Shown: in pieces, positions 9,418-19,186 of the stretch
How the letters are laid out: every line of letters begins with the position of its first letter
Position numbering within the stretch: the first letter of the stretch is position 1
Source: Dehalococcoidia bacterium
GTDB lineage: Bacteria > Chloroflexota > Dehalococcoidia > Lucifugimonadales > SAR202-VII-2
DNA: 64,000 bases
Assembly: GCA_965263165.1 (NCBI GenBank)
Contig: OZ253584.1
Location: 1,209,736 to 1,273,735 of the forward strand
Direction: 5' to 3'
Made by a program: the position numbers and the translations under genes
The notes under the pieces: model-generated
The model's database searches: none
Told to the model about the DNA's origin: nothing
The model's input: only the letters and a program-made list of their open reading frames with translations

Positions 9418-9453
9418 ACAGGCCCCTGAACAGCGCGCTGTTCAGGGGCCTGT
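9418..9453. terminator. bidirectional terminator-like hairpin between convergent genes
   Basis: Perfect 36-nt palindrome ACAGGCCCCTGAACAGCG|CGCTGTTCAGGGGCCTGT. A second 7-bp hairpin lies at 9379-9396. Confidence 0.6.
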
Positions 9454-9454
9454 C

Positions 9455-10201
9455 CTATTCCATGCGGTATCCCGGCTCGATGCCGAGGCGGGCGAACCTC
9501 GGCACGGTCTGTAGCCACCGCATCCACCGCGGTGACTCCGCGTGCCAGCGGGCGACATTGCTCATCGTTTCCCCGGCCTGGAACAGGACCCGGTCCCCGT
9601 GGGAAAGGCAGGCGTGGTCGAGCGGCATGCCTGCCACCCGCCTGAGCGACCGGCCCAGGGTCTCGTAGTCTGTGCCCGGCATGTAGATGGGGCGCGAGAT
9701 GTAGGGGCCGCGCTGGCTCACGAGGTCTCCGGTGAACAGTGTGCTGCGGTCCTCCAGATAGAAGCAGATGCTGCCCGGGGTGTGACCGGGCGCGTGGACG
9801 ACCCGAAGGCCGCCCATGATGGGCAGGGTGTCGCCGTCCGAGAGGACGACGTCCACCGGAACCCGCCAGACGGACGGAAGGGGCATGAACAGCATGCCGA
9901 CGTGACGAACGACTTGGACTCCGCGCCGGTCGAGGCGGGTCTCGGCTGAGTGGATGAGGACCTGGGCCCCGGTCTCTTCGCGTAGAAAACGGGCGCTGCC
10001 GGTGTGGTCGGGGTGGCCGTGGGTGATGAGTATGCGGGCCAGTTGGCCGGTCTGCCAACCCAGAGCCTTGATGTAGGAGAGGATGACGCCGCCGTTGCCC
10101 GGCCAGCCCGTGTCGATGAGGGTGAGGTCGTCGCCTTCGAGCAGGTAAGCGTGCGGTCCCTTGATGCGTGGAATCTGGTGGATGCCTGGGAGGATCTCCA
10201 A
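9455..10201 (-). CDS. MBL-fold metallo-hydrolase
   Basis: ITHGHPDHTG (the HxHxDH motif) in a 248-aa ORF. Confidence 0.85.
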   Translation of the reverse strand: MEILPGIHQIPRIKGPHAYLLEGDDLTLIDTGWPGNGGVILSYIKALGWQTGQLARILITHGHPDHTGSARFLREETGAQVLIHSAETRLDRRGVQVVRHVGMLFMPLPSVWRVPVDVVLSDGDTLPIMGGLRVVHAPGHTPGSICFYLEDRSTLFTGDLVSQRGPYISRPIYMPGTDYETLGRSLRRVAGMPLDHACLSHGDRVLFQAGETMSNVARWHAESPRWMRWLQTVPRFARLGIEPGYRME

Positions 10202-10211
10202 CCAACGCCTC

Positions 10212-10700
10212 CTACTCCTCCGCCGCGTAGCCTCCGCTCTTGCCCCCGCTCTTGCGGACGAGCCGCACGTCCTGAATGAGCATGGAGCGGTCGGCGGCTT
10301 TGCACATGTCGTAGATGGCGAGGGCCGCGGTCATCACCGCGGTGAGGGCCTCCATCTCCACGCCGGTGCGGGCGGTAACCTTGGCGGTCGCTGTGATGTC
10401 GACGGCGTTGCGGGTTTCATCGATCGCCAGGTCAACCTGCACGTGGTCTAGGGGCAAGGGGTGGCATAGGGGGATGAGGTCGGAGGTCCGCTTGGCGCCC
10501 ATGATCCCCGCCAGCCGCGCCGTGGCGAATACGTCTCCCTTGGCCACCTGCCCGTCCCTGATGAGGGCCAGGGTTTCGGGTTGCATGATGATGCTGCCCT
10601 TGGCGGCCGCCTCCCGCCGGGTGACCTCTTTGGACCCGACGTCCACCTGATGGGCTGCGCCTGAGTCGTCCAGGTGGGTGAGCCTTGGGGTTGAACTCAT
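10212..10700 (-). CDS. moaC: cyclic pyranopterin monophosphate synthase MoaC
   Basis: 162 aa from [11 protein letters not shown]... with IPLCHPL and VEMEALTAV motifs. ATG at 10700. Confidence 0.9.
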   Translation of the reverse strand: MSSTPRLTHLDDSGAAHQVDVGSKEVTRREAAAKGSIIMQPETLALIRDGQVAKGDVFATARLAGIMGAKRTSDLIPLCHPLPLDHVQVDLAIDETRNAVDITATAKVTARTGVEMEALTAVMTAALAIYDMCKAADRSMLIQDVRLVRKSGGKSGGYAAEE

Positions 10701-11095
10701 CGCCCCTTCCTCCTGGCGGCGGCCTCTCTGACGGCCAGCTTGTCCACTTCCTCGTTCCCCGGATGGCCGTTGTGGCCGCGCACCCAGGCCCACCGGATCC
10801 CGCGGGCCTGAGCGAGTTTGTCCAGGCGGTCCCACAGGTCCCTGTTGACGTTGCGCTTCCAATTCTTGGTCATGGTGTTGATGAGGTATTGGCTGTCGCT
10901 GGTGAGGAGCACCTGGGCGCCCTCCGGGACGGCCTCCAGGCCCTGGATGGCCGCCATCATCTCCATGCGGTTGTTGGTGGTGTGGGCCTCGCCGCCGCTG
11001 AGCGTGCGCTTGACGCCGTCCTCGACGATGATGGCCCCCCAACCTCCCGGTCCGGGGTTTCCGATGCACGCGCCGTCGGTGTAGATGGAAAACAA
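10697..11095 (-). CDS. rnhA: ribonuclease HI
   Basis: [17 protein letters not shown]...TNNRMEM...SDSQY...[15 protein letters not shown]. Its stop overlaps the moaC start by 4 nt. Confidence 0.9.
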   Translation of the reverse strand: MFSIYTDGACIGNPGPGGWGAIIVEDGVKRTLSGGEAHTTNNRMEMMAAIQGLEAVPEGAQVLLTSDSQYLINTMTKNWKRNVNRDLWDRLDKLAQARGIRWAWVRGHNGHPGNEEVDKLAVREAAARRKGR

Positions 11096-11152
11096 GGTAG
11101 CGCCTCGCGCTCGAATGAAGGGAGGCTGTCGTCGCGGCCTCCGCAGATTGGC

Positions 11153-12199
11153 CTATCCGCCGATGTGGTACATCTCCACCTTGCGGCTCTCCCGTTGAGC
11201 GCTGGTGAGGGAAGAGCGCAGCTCGGAGTACCGGTCCCGCCGTTGGCGCCAGATGCCGGTGATGATGTCGAGCAGGTCGGCGTCAGAGGCACCGGCCCGC
11301 ATTGGTCCCTTGAGGTCGGTCCCGCCGGTGGCGAATAGGCAGGTGACGAACTGGCCCTCCGGGGACAGCCGGCCCCGCGTGCAGTCCTGGCAGAAGGGTT
11401 GGGTCACGGAGGCAATGACCCCGATTTCGCCGCCGCCATCGACGTATCGGTAGCGGTTGGCCACCTCCCCCGGGTAGTTCTTATCCACCGGGGCCAGGGG
11501 CATCTCCGCGTGAATCCGCTCGACGACTTCGCGGGCAGGGACCACCTGGCTCAGGTCCCACCCGTTCAGCGTGCCCACGTCCATGAACTCGATGTACCGG
11601 ACGATGTGGCCCGAGCCCTTGAAATGCCTGGCCAGGTCCACAATCGTGTGGTCGTTGACGCCCCTCTGCACCACGCAGTTAACCTTGATGGGGGCCAGGC
11701 CGACTTCCTCGGCGGAGCGGATGCCCTGCAGGACGCGCTGTGGTGAAAAGCCATTGACGCCGCTCATTTGGCGGAACACGCCGTCGTCCAGGCTGTCCAA
11801 GCTGACGGTGATGCGCTGGAGGCCCGCGTCCTTCAGCGCCTGGGCCTTCTGAGGCAGAAGCGAGGCGTTGGTGGTCATGGAAAGGTCTTCCAGTCCCTCA
11901 ACCCCGGCGAGCATGGCGACCAGTTGCTCGACGTCCTGGCGCAGGAGCGGCTCCCCGCCGGTCAGGCGTATCTTGCGCACGCCCAGCCCCACGAAGAGGC
12001 GGGCCAAGCGGGCGATCTCCTCGAAGGTGAGGACGTGGCCCTTAGGCAGGAACTGGTAGCGCTCGCCGTAGATTTCGGCGGGCATGCAGTAGGGACAGCG
12101 GAAGTTGCACCGGTCGGTCACCGAGACCCGGAGGTCCCGGAGGCGCCGCCCGAATGCGTCTTTCAACGAGGTTGCAGTATCCTGTGCGCCGGCTGTCAT
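11153..12199 (-). CDS. moaA: GTP 3',8-cyclase MoaA (radical SAM)
   Basis: [18 protein letters not shown] radical-SAM cluster motif. ATG 12199 overlaps the rdgB stop by 4 nt. Confidence 0.9.
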   Translation of the reverse strand: MTAGAQDTATSLKDAFGRRLRDLRVSVTDRCNFRCPYCMPAEIYGERYQFLPKGHVLTFEEIARLARLFVGLGVRKIRLTGGEPLLRQDVEQLVAMLAGVEGLEDLSMTTNASLLPQKAQALKDAGLQRITVSLDSLDDGVFRQMSGVNGFSPQRVLQGIRSAEEVGLAPIKVNCVVQRGVNDHTIVDLARHFKGSGHIVRYIEFMDVGTLNGWDLSQVVPAREVVERIHAEMPLAPVDKNYPGEVANRYRYVDGGGEIGVIASVTQPFCQDCTRGRLSPEGQFVTCLFATGGTDLKGPMRAGASDADLLDIITGIWRQRRDRYSELRSSLTSAQRESRKVEMYHIGG

Positions 12200-12810
12200 G
12201 GTGTCGTTTGGGCTGTCATGCGCCGAAGTGCGTCGGCTGCGGCCCAAGCCGCCTGCCCCCGGTGGCTGATGCGGTTCTTCTCTTCTGGAGAGAGTTCGGC
12301 CGTAGTGCATTGGCGGTCAGGCAGGAGGAAGATGGGGTCGTAGCCGAAGCCGTTCGATCCGGCCGGCTGGAAAGCGATGACGCCTTCCACGGTCCCCTGA
12401 AACAGCGATACGCCCCCCTCTGGATCCGCCACGGCCACCACGCAACGGAAGCGCCCCTGCCGTTCTTTGACGGGTACGTTTCTGAGCTTCTCTAGGAGGA
12501 ATTGTACACGGTCTTCGTCCGTGGCGCCGGGGCCGGCGTAGCGGGAGGAATAGATGCCCGGCGCGCCGCCGAGGGCATCTACCTCAATGCCGGAGTCGTC
12601 GGCCAGGGAGAGGAGACCGCTGGCTTTGGCGAATGCCTGGGCCTTCAAGCTGGCGTTCTCCTCGAACGTTGAGCCGGTTTCCTCCACGTCCAGGCTGATG
12701 CCTTCTTCCTGGGGCGTGGTGATTTGAAATGGCACGTCGCCCAGCAGCGCGGCCAACTCGCGGGCCTTGTGGGCGTTGGTGGTGGCAATGAGGAGCTTGG
12801 GCGGTGTCAT
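12196..12810 (-). CDS. rdgB: dITP/XTP pyrophosphatase (RdgB/HAM1 family)
   Basis: LLIATTNAHKARE...SLADDSGIEVDALGGAPGIYSSRYAG...GFGYDPIF. Confidence 0.9.
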   Translation of the reverse strand: MTPPKLLIATTNAHKARELAALLGDVPFQITTPQEEGISLDVEETGSTFEENASLKAQAFAKASGLLSLADDSGIEVDALGGAPGIYSSRYAGPGATDEDRVQFLLEKLRNVPVKERQGRFRCVVAVADPEGGVSLFQGTVEGVIAFQPAGSNGFGYDPIFLLPDRQCTTAELSPEEKNRISHRGQAAWAAADALRRMTAQTTP

Positions 12811-12890
12811 CCGTCGACAGCGAGGGGCATAGCAATTTGCCTAGGCGCGTAAATCGAATATATGAGGGCGATGTAGTCGGGTCTCTGCCC

Positions 12891-14531
12891 CTATGCCCCC
12901 CCGACAGGCTCGTAGACGCCGAAGACGTCCCGCAGCACGTCCATCGTCTCGCCGAGGGTGGCGTAGGCCTTGACCGCGCTGAGGATAAAGGGCATCAGGT
13001 TCTTGTCCGCCCTGGCCGCCTGCCGCAGGTCAGCGAGGGTTCGGCTGACTTCCCGGTTGTCCCTGGTGCGCCGGACCTCGTTGAGGCGGGCAATCTGCTT
13101 GCGCTCGCCTTCCTTGTCCATCTGAAGGATGGGGATGTCCATGTCTTCCTGCTCGGTGACGAAGTCGTTGACGCCAACGATGATGCGTCCCTGGTCCTCC
13201 ACCTCGCGCTGGAAGCGATAGGAGGCATCGGCGATTTCTCTGACGAAGAAACCGTTGTCGATGCACGGCAGTGCGCCGCCGAGGTCATCGATGCGGCGGA
13301 AGTACTCCCTTGCGCCCTCTTCGACCTGGTTGGTCAGGGTTTCCACGAAATAGCTGCCGCCCAACGGGTCCACGGTGCTGGCCACGCCGCTCTCGTGGGC
13401 GATGAGCTGCTGGGTGCGCAGAGCCAGCAGCGCCGCCTTTTCGGATGGCAGCGCCCAGGCTTCGTCCATGCCGTTGGTGTGGAGGGAGTTGGCGCCGCCC
13501 AGGACGGCTGCCAAGGCTTGGAGCGCTACGCGGACGACGTTGTTTTCGGGCTGCTGCGCGGTCAGGGCGCAGCCGGCGGTCTGGGCGTGGGTGCGCATCC
13601 ACCAGGAGCGCTCGTTCTTGGCGCCGAAGGTCTCCCGCATCTCGTGAGCCCAGATGCGGCGGGCCGCCCGGAACTTGGCGACCTCTTCGAAGAACTCGTT
13701 GTGGATGTTGAAGAAGAAGCTCAGCCTGGGAGCGAAGTTGTCAATGAGCAGGCCGCGTTCCAGGCACCAGCGTACGTATTCCAAGCCGTCGTACAGCGTG
13801 AAGGCCAGCTCTTGGACTGCCGTGGATCCCGCTTCCCTGATGTGGTAGCCGCTGATGCTGACGGGGTTCCATTTGGGGAGGTGGTGGGTGGCAAACTCCA
13901 CCGTGTCCACGACGAGCCGCATGGAGGGTTCCGGGGGGAAGATGTACTCGTTCTGGGCGATGTACTCCTTCAGAATGTCGTTCTGGGTGGTGCCGCCGAG
14001 CTTGGAGGCTGGGATGCCCCGCTTCTCTGCGGCGGCGATGTACATGGCCCAGATGATGGCGGCTGGGCTGTTGATGGTCATGGACGTTGTGATGGTGTCG
14101 AGGGGGAGGCTGTCGTAGAGGATCTCCATGTCTCGGAGGCTGGACACGGCGACGCCGCACTTGCCGAACTCGCCTAGTGACCAGGGGTGGTCGGTGTCGT
14201 AGCCGTAAAGAGTGGGCATGTCGAAGGCGGTGCTGAGGCCGGTCTGGCCGTGCGCCAGCAGGTACTTGAAGCGCTGGTTTGTCTCCTCGGCGCCGCCGAA
14301 GCCGGCAAACATGCGCATAGTCCAGAGTTTGCCGCGGTACCCCGTGGGGTGGAGGCCGCGCAGATAGGGGTAGTGGCCGGGCTCGCCGACGTCCCTCGCG
14401 TAGTCAACCTCGGCCAGATGCTCCGGCGAATACACCCGTTCGATGGGGTGGGCGGAGATGGTTGTGAAGGAGTCCTGGCGTTCCGGCCCGGTCTTCTGCG
14501 ATTCGTCCGACTTTTCCTTGGCGTCTACCAT
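12891..14531 (-). CDS. methylmalonyl-CoA mutase-family acyl-CoA mutase, large (substrate-binding) subunit without a fused B12-binding domain
   Basis: [26 protein letters not shown]...[16 protein letters not shown]. Start at ATG 14531 (MVDAKEK), giving 546 aa. No C-terminal cobalamin-binding module. Confidence 0.9.
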   Translation of the reverse strand: MVDAKEKSDESQKTGPERQDSFTTISAHPIERVYSPEHLAEVDYARDVGEPGHYPYLRGLHPTGYRGKLWTMRMFAGFGGAEETNQRFKYLLAHGQTGLSTAFDMPTLYGYDTDHPWSLGEFGKCGVAVSSLRDMEILYDSLPLDTITTSMTINSPAAIIWAMYIAAAEKRGIPASKLGGTTQNDILKEYIAQNEYIFPPEPSMRLVVDTVEFATHHLPKWNPVSISGYHIREAGSTAVQELAFTLYDGLEYVRWCLERGLLIDNFAPRLSFFFNIHNEFFEEVAKFRAARRIWAHEMRETFGAKNERSWWMRTHAQTAGCALTAQQPENNVVRVALQALAAVLGGANSLHTNGMDEAWALPSEKAALLALRTQQLIAHESGVASTVDPLGGSYFVETLTNQVEEGAREYFRRIDDLGGALPCIDNGFFVREIADASYRFQREVEDQGRIIVGVNDFVTEQEDMDIPILQMDKEGERKQIARLNEVRRTRDNREVSRTLADLRQAARADKNLMPFILSAVKAYATLGETMDVLRDVFGVYEPVGGA

Positions 14532-14867
14532 CAATGCTATCCGTGGTCCAGGTTGGTGAAGTTTCAGCGTAGCTTTGGGGGGTGGGGCTGTCAACAAAGG
14601 GTTGCGGCTGGGGCCGGGCGCCCACGGATGACACTTGTCCCCTCCTTGGTTCCCGACCCCACCCCGCACCTGGCTGGCGCCTCCTCCTACGGTCTCTCCC
14701 CTTCCTCGGCTCGGCAACCTCGGCGTGCGGGGCCAAGCTGGGATGGTCTGGGTCGCGGTTCGCCGGGGCTTGAATGGCCGCTGCGGGAAGGGTAGGCTAC
14801 CGCGTGATGCTTGGCCCTCAGAGGCGTTGGGCAGGCAACGAACTCGCGCAGGGGGGAGGTAGTCATT

Positions 14868-15932
14868 ATGGCCCTATCGGCAGGGAAACTGGTCAACCTG
14901 AAACAGTTGAGCGACGCGTCCGGGCGCTTCTTGATGCTGGCCATAGACCAGCGAGGCTCCATGGAGCAGGCGATCCAGAAGGTCTTGGGCGACAGCCGCA
15001 AGCAGACGCCGGAAGACGTGGTCGCCGCCAAGGTGGCCATCACCGGGGTCCTTGCCCCGCACTCCACGGCAACGCTCATGGATCCGATTTATGGCTTCCC
15101 CTATACAATTGAGGCCCTGCCGTCCAAGGTTGGGGTGCTGCTGGCGGTGGAGCACTCCGGCTATGAGGCCGGCCCCTCTGGGAAGGGCAGGATGGCGATG
15201 ATTCTGGACGGCTGGTCGGTGAGCAAGGTGAAGCGGAGCGGGGCCAACGCGGTCAAGCTGCTGATCCACTACCACCCAGACGCACCGCAGGAAGTGCTGG
15301 CGCACCAGCATGGCGTTGTGCGCCAGGTGGGGGATGCCTGTGCGGAGGAGGACATCCCATTCCTGTTGGAAACCGTTGGCTACGCCGTGGACGAGCCGTC
15401 GATGGACGGCCCGGAGTACGCTTTGAACAAGCCCCGCATCACCATCGCGAGCGCCACCGAATTTTCCAAGCCGGAGTATCGAGTGGACGTGCTGAAGCTG
15501 GAGTTTCCCGCCAGCCTGAAGTTCGCCGAGGAGTTTTGCAACGCCTACTTCGACTCCAAGACTCGCGAGCCGGTCTACGGCGTGAAAGAGGTCCGGGATA
15601 TCTGCAAGCAATTGGACGCAGCCTCTTCCAAGCCGTGGGTGATCCTCAGCGGCGGCGTGGACATCGACGAGTTCCTCTTCAATCTCCAGTTCGGGGTCGA
15701 TGCGGGCGCCAGCGGATTCCTCTGCGGTCGGGCCATGTGGCAGCAGTCGCTGCAGTTCTATCCGGACACCGATGCCATGGTCCGTTTCCTCGAGACGGAT
15801 GGCGTGTACAACTTCACGCGGATCAAGGCCATCGCCGCCAACGCGACGCCGTGGACCGAGCGATGGAATGGCGGGTCTCCGACTTTGGACCAGAAGGGCC
15901 TGGAGTGGCAGAAGGAGTACAGCGGCTCCTAG
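14868..15932 (+). CDS. class I aldolase of the LacD (tagatose-1,6-bisphosphate aldolase) family
   Basis: Blocks shared with LacD as I recall it: [50 protein letters not shown] 14868 has GGAGG upstream. Confidence 0.8.
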   Translation: MALSAGKLVNLKQLSDASGRFLMLAIDQRGSMEQAIQKVLGDSRKQTPEDVVAAKVAITGVLAPHSTATLMDPIYGFPYTIEALPSKVGVLLAVEHSGYEAGPSGKGRMAMILDGWSVSKVKRSGANAVKLLIHYHPDAPQEVLAHQHGVVRQVGDACAEEDIPFLLETVGYAVDEPSMDGPEYALNKPRITIASATEFSKPEYRVDVLKLEFPASLKFAEEFCNAYFDSKTREPVYGVKEVRDICKQLDAASSKPWVILSGGVDIDEFLFNLQFGVDAGASGFLCGRAMWQQSLQFYPDTDAMVRFLETDGVYNFTRIKAIAANATPWTERWNGGSPTLDQKGLEWQKEYSGS

Positions 15933-15941
15933 GGAGGGACC

Positions 15942-16946
15942 ATGCGGATAGGGGTGCTTACCAGCGGGGGAGACGTCCCTGGTCTCAACGCGGCTGTCCG
16001 TGCGGTGGCTCGAAAGGCGCTGGCGGAAGGGGTGGAGGTGCTGGGGTTTCGGAACGGCTGGTTGGGCCTGCTGGAAAACGACTACCTTGAGCTTACGCTC
16101 AGGACCCTTTCCGGCATCCTTCCCCAGGGTGGGACGATCCTGGGGACGTCGCGGACCAACCCAACCGACCCGCCCGGCACGGTGGAGCGGGTCATGGAGA
16201 CCGCTGAGGCGCTTCAGCTTGATGCGATGGTCGTCTTGGGCGGGGACGGGTCGCTTCGCGGGGCGTTGGAGGTCTGCGAGCGGGGCCTGCCCATTGTCGG
16301 CATTCCCAAGACCATTGATAACGACGTGCCGGGCACGGAGTACTGCATCGGGTTCGACTCCGGCGTCAACGCGGTGATGGACGCCTTGGACAAGCTGCAC
16401 CCCACAACGGCGGCGCATCACCGGGTGATGGTTGTGGAGGTGATGGGGAACCGCAGCGGTTGGCTGGCCGTGCTTGGAGGCCTTGCCGGCGGTGCCGACA
16501 TCATCGTGTCGCCGGAAATTCCTCTGTCGGTCATTGACGTGAGGGACCGGGTGCTGGCCCGGGTGGAGCGGGGGAGTAAGTTCAGCATCATCGCCGTGGC
16601 GGAGGGGTCGCAGATCGATGGAATCGACCTGGACTTCGGAACGAGAGAGAGTAAAGGCACAAGCATCGGACACGCCCTTGCGGGCGCGCTCTCCGACTAC
16701 ATCTCCGCCAATACGAGGGTCACGGTGCTGGGCTACGTGCAGCGCGGCGGCGCCCCTACGGCGTTCGACAGGGTGATGGCGTCGCGCATGGGCGCCAAGG
16801 CGGTCCAGTTCATTCTGGAGGGCCAGACGGGCGTGATGGTGGCTCTGGTGAACGGGGACGTTGTTCCCGTGCCTCTGAGCGAGCTACTCCAGCCGCCGCG
16901 GACGGTGGATCCGGAGACCTGCGCTCTCGCGCAGCTGTTTTCGTAA
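15942..16946 (+). CDS. pfkA: ATP-dependent 6-phosphofructokinase
   Basis: MRIGVLTSGGDVPGLNAAVRAV...GIPKTIDND...MGNRSGWLA. Confidence 0.9.
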   Translation: MRIGVLTSGGDVPGLNAAVRAVARKALAEGVEVLGFRNGWLGLLENDYLELTLRTLSGILPQGGTILGTSRTNPTDPPGTVERVMETAEALQLDAMVVLGGDGSLRGALEVCERGLPIVGIPKTIDNDVPGTEYCIGFDSGVNAVMDALDKLHPTTAAHHRVMVVEVMGNRSGWLAVLGGLAGGADIIVSPEIPLSVIDVRDRVLARVERGSKFSIIAVAEGSQIDGIDLDFGTRESKGTSIGHALAGALSDYISANTRVTVLGYVQRGGAPTAFDRVMASRMGAKAVQFILEGQTGVMVALVNGDVVPVPLSELLQPPRTVDPETCALAQLFS

Positions 16947-17061
16947 GCTTGGGGTGCTCTTCGCGAGGAGTTCGTTTTATCGTCCGTTACGGTTTCGCTA
17001 ATGCCAGCATGGGTCCCTGAGCCATCGTACGACCGAGAGGTCTCCCGTCTGGCCCTTTTTC

Positions 17062-17091
17062 TTGACCCCTCCCGCTGCCCCAACCTATAAT
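17062..17091 (+). promoter_or_regulatory. candidate sigma-70-type promoter for pheS
   Basis: TTGACC, 18 nt, TATAAT, located 36 nt upstream of the pheS ATG. Confidence 0.4.
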
Positions 17092-17126
17092 GGCGCTGCC
17101 GTCGGATTTCGTAGCTAGGTTGGCCT

Positions 17127-18215
17127 ATGCCCGCTTCCGAAGACACCCAGACCGTTACGCTCTCCCTCGATGAGCTTCAGGCCTCGGCGCTTGCGGCGCT
17201 GGAGGGCTGCGCCACAGAAGAGGCGCTGGAGCAGTGGCGGATCGCGCACCTGGGCCGAAGCGGCAAGCTGACCCAGGTGCTCCGCGGGGTGGGGTCGCTT
17301 CCCGCGGATGAGCGGAGAGCAGCCGGCGCCGCAGCCAACCAACTCAAGGGCCTGCTTGAGCAGAGCCTTGATGACCGTCAGGAAGCGCTGCGCACCCAGC
17401 GCCAGACGGGGATCGCGGAGTCCGAGCGCATCGACGTGACCCTCCCTGGGTGCCCCGTCGCGATGGGACGTTACCACCCTTCGACGCAGATCGTCCGTGA
17501 GATTTGCGACGCCTTTGCGAGCATGGGGTTCCAGATTGTGGAGGGGCCCGAAGTGGAGTGGGACCGCTATAACTTCGAGTTGCTGAATATCCCGCAGGAC
17601 CACCCGGCCAGGGATATGTGGGACACGCTGTGGATAGACCATGTCGACGCCGAGGGCCGGCGTCCCATGCTGATGCGAACCCACACGTCGCCCATGCAGG
17701 CGCGGGTCATGGAGAGCCAGGACCCTCCGGTGCGGGTGATCGTGCCCGGCAAGTGCTACCGGTACGAGGCCACGGACGCCACCCACGAGTCGCAGTTCTA
17801 TCAAATCGAGGGGTTGGCCGTGGACGAGGGCATCACCTTCGCTCACCTGAAAGGGACCCTCTACGAGTTTGCCCGCCGCATCTTCGGGCAGGACCGACGC
17901 GTGCGGTTCCGCTGCGATTACTTTCCCTTCGTGGAGCCGGGCGTGGACATGTCCATCGACTGCTTCAACTGCCGGGGCGAGGGGCGGCTGAAGGGCGGCG
18001 CGGGTTGCCGCATCTGCAAGGAGACGGGCTGGATCGAGATCATGGGCGCCGGGATGGTGCATCCCAAAGTGCTGGCCGGGGTTGGCTACGACCCCGAGGT
18101 GTACACCGGCTTCGCCTTCGGCCTGGGGCCGGAGCGTATCGCCATGCTCAAGTACGGCATAGACGACATCAGGTTATTCTACGGTAACGATATCCGATTC
18201 TTAAGGCAGTTCTAG
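17127..18215 (+). CDS. pheS: phenylalanine--tRNA ligase alpha subunit
   Basis: 362 aa with RDMWDT, THTSPMQ, FRCDYFPFVEPG and GAGMVHP motifs. Confidence 0.95.
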   Translation: MPASEDTQTVTLSLDELQASALAALEGCATEEALEQWRIAHLGRSGKLTQVLRGVGSLPADERRAAGAAANQLKGLLEQSLDDRQEALRTQRQTGIAESERIDVTLPGCPVAMGRYHPSTQIVREICDAFASMGFQIVEGPEVEWDRYNFELLNIPQDHPARDMWDTLWIDHVDAEGRRPMLMRTHTSPMQARVMESQDPPVRVIVPGKCYRYEATDATHESQFYQIEGLAVDEGITFAHLKGTLYEFARRIFGQDRRVRFRCDYFPFVEPGVDMSIDCFNCRGEGRLKGGAGCRICKETGWIEIMGAGMVHPKVLAGVGYDPEVYTGFAFGLGPERIAMLKYGIDDIRLFYGNDIRFLRQF

Positions 18216-18235
18216 ACACACCAGAAGGAGGCGCC

Positions 18236-18904
18236 GTGACTGCATCGCTGGTTGAACGCATCGACGCGCGAATCGAGGGGAAGAGCCTGTTGGGCCACAG
18301 CTTCTACCAGGCCTGGCAAGCCGGCCGGCTGACGCCGGAGGACCTGCGGGTGTACGCCGCACAGTACCACCACTTCGAAGCCAACTTCCCCACCATTCTC
18401 AGCGCCATCCACAGCCGCTGCGACGACTCCTCGGTCCGGCAGGCCATCCTCTCCAACCTCTGGGACGAGGAGCACGGCAGCCGCAATCACCCGGCCCTCT
18501 GGATCCAGTTCGCCGAGGCGCTGGGCTTGACCGCCGAGCAGGTCCGCGCTGCCGACCTGCTGCCGGAGACGGCGGCGCTCGTGGATACGCTGCGGGACAT
18601 CGCTGAGCGCGGGACTTACCAGGACGGACTTGCCGCTATCTATGCCTATGAGCGCCAGCTCCCCGCCGTCGCCGAGACGAAGGAACGGGGCCTGAAGGAG
18701 TTCTACGGCCTGGACAGCCGGGAGGCCACAGAGTTCTTCACCCTTCACCGGGAGATCGACCTCGTTCACGCCGCCGCTGAAGCGGACGCTCTTGCGGCCA
18801 CGACCGCAGACGAGGCGGCTATCGAGGAGGCCGCCCAGCGCTCGCTGGACGCCTGGTGGGGTTTCCTGGACGGGGTCGAGCGGGTGCGCTGCGCCGCCAA
18901 CTAA
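18236..18904 (+). CDS. heme-oxygenase-like di-metal protein of the TenA/PqqC/CADD family
   Basis: LLGHSFYQAWQAGRLTPEDLRVYAAQYHHFEANFP...NLWDEEHG...LHREIDLVHA. GTG 18236 is preceded by GAAGGAGG. Confidence 0.75.
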   Translation: MTASLVERIDARIEGKSLLGHSFYQAWQAGRLTPEDLRVYAAQYHHFEANFPTILSAIHSRCDDSSVRQAILSNLWDEEHGSRNHPALWIQFAEALGLTAEQVRAADLLPETAALVDTLRDIAERGTYQDGLAAIYAYERQLPAVAETKERGLKEFYGLDSREATEFFTLHREIDLVHAAAEADALAATTADEAAIEEAAQRSLDAWWGFLDGVERVRCAAN

Positions 18905-18955
18905 CGCTCCTCGAAAAGACGAGGAGCGGCCCCAGCCGCCTATGGCGGCTGGGGC
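18905..18955 (+). terminator. two back-to-back perfect hairpins directly after the stop codon
   Basis: First hairpin: CGCTCCTCG-aaaaga-CGAGGAGCG (18905-18928). Second hairpin: GCCCCAGCCGCC-tat-GGCGGCTGGGGC (18929-18955). No U-tract follows. Confidence 0.5.
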
Positions 18956-19186
18956 CTCGTTGCGCTTCACCGCCCCGAGGTTCCCTCCATGAGGAAACCT
19001 GCGGCCTCCGGGCCTGGCGCGAGAGCAGCGCGCCAACTCCGGCCCGGGCAGCCCATGTCTCACTTGAACAAGGTCTACCCCTGGGCGGGCGCTAGGGGTC
19101 TGGGCCTTGGGCCGCGTCGCCACCGCTCTGGCGGAATACGTAGCAGGCGATATAATGGGCGAAATCCACGAAGGCCTTCTCCACCC

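Noticed and set aside
12804-14177. 457-aa plus-strand ORF opposite the acyl-CoA mutase gene
   Set aside because: Same antisense artefact; the mutase frame carries unmistakable family motifs.
14874-16673. 599-aa minus-strand ORF spanning the aldolase and pfkA genes
   Set aside because: It is antisense to two well-supported genes, with low-complexity Arg/Pro/Gly-rich translation.
18989-19186. Upstream extensions of track ORFs: pheT here, and also 4421-4570, 8039-8224, 26610-26789, 28675-29019, 29834-29986, 10701-11069 and 12200-12310
   Set aside because: In each case an internal start with a Shine-Dalgarno sequence coincides with the conserved family N-terminus. The extension is Arg/Pro-rich or overlaps the preceding gene or the riboswitch.
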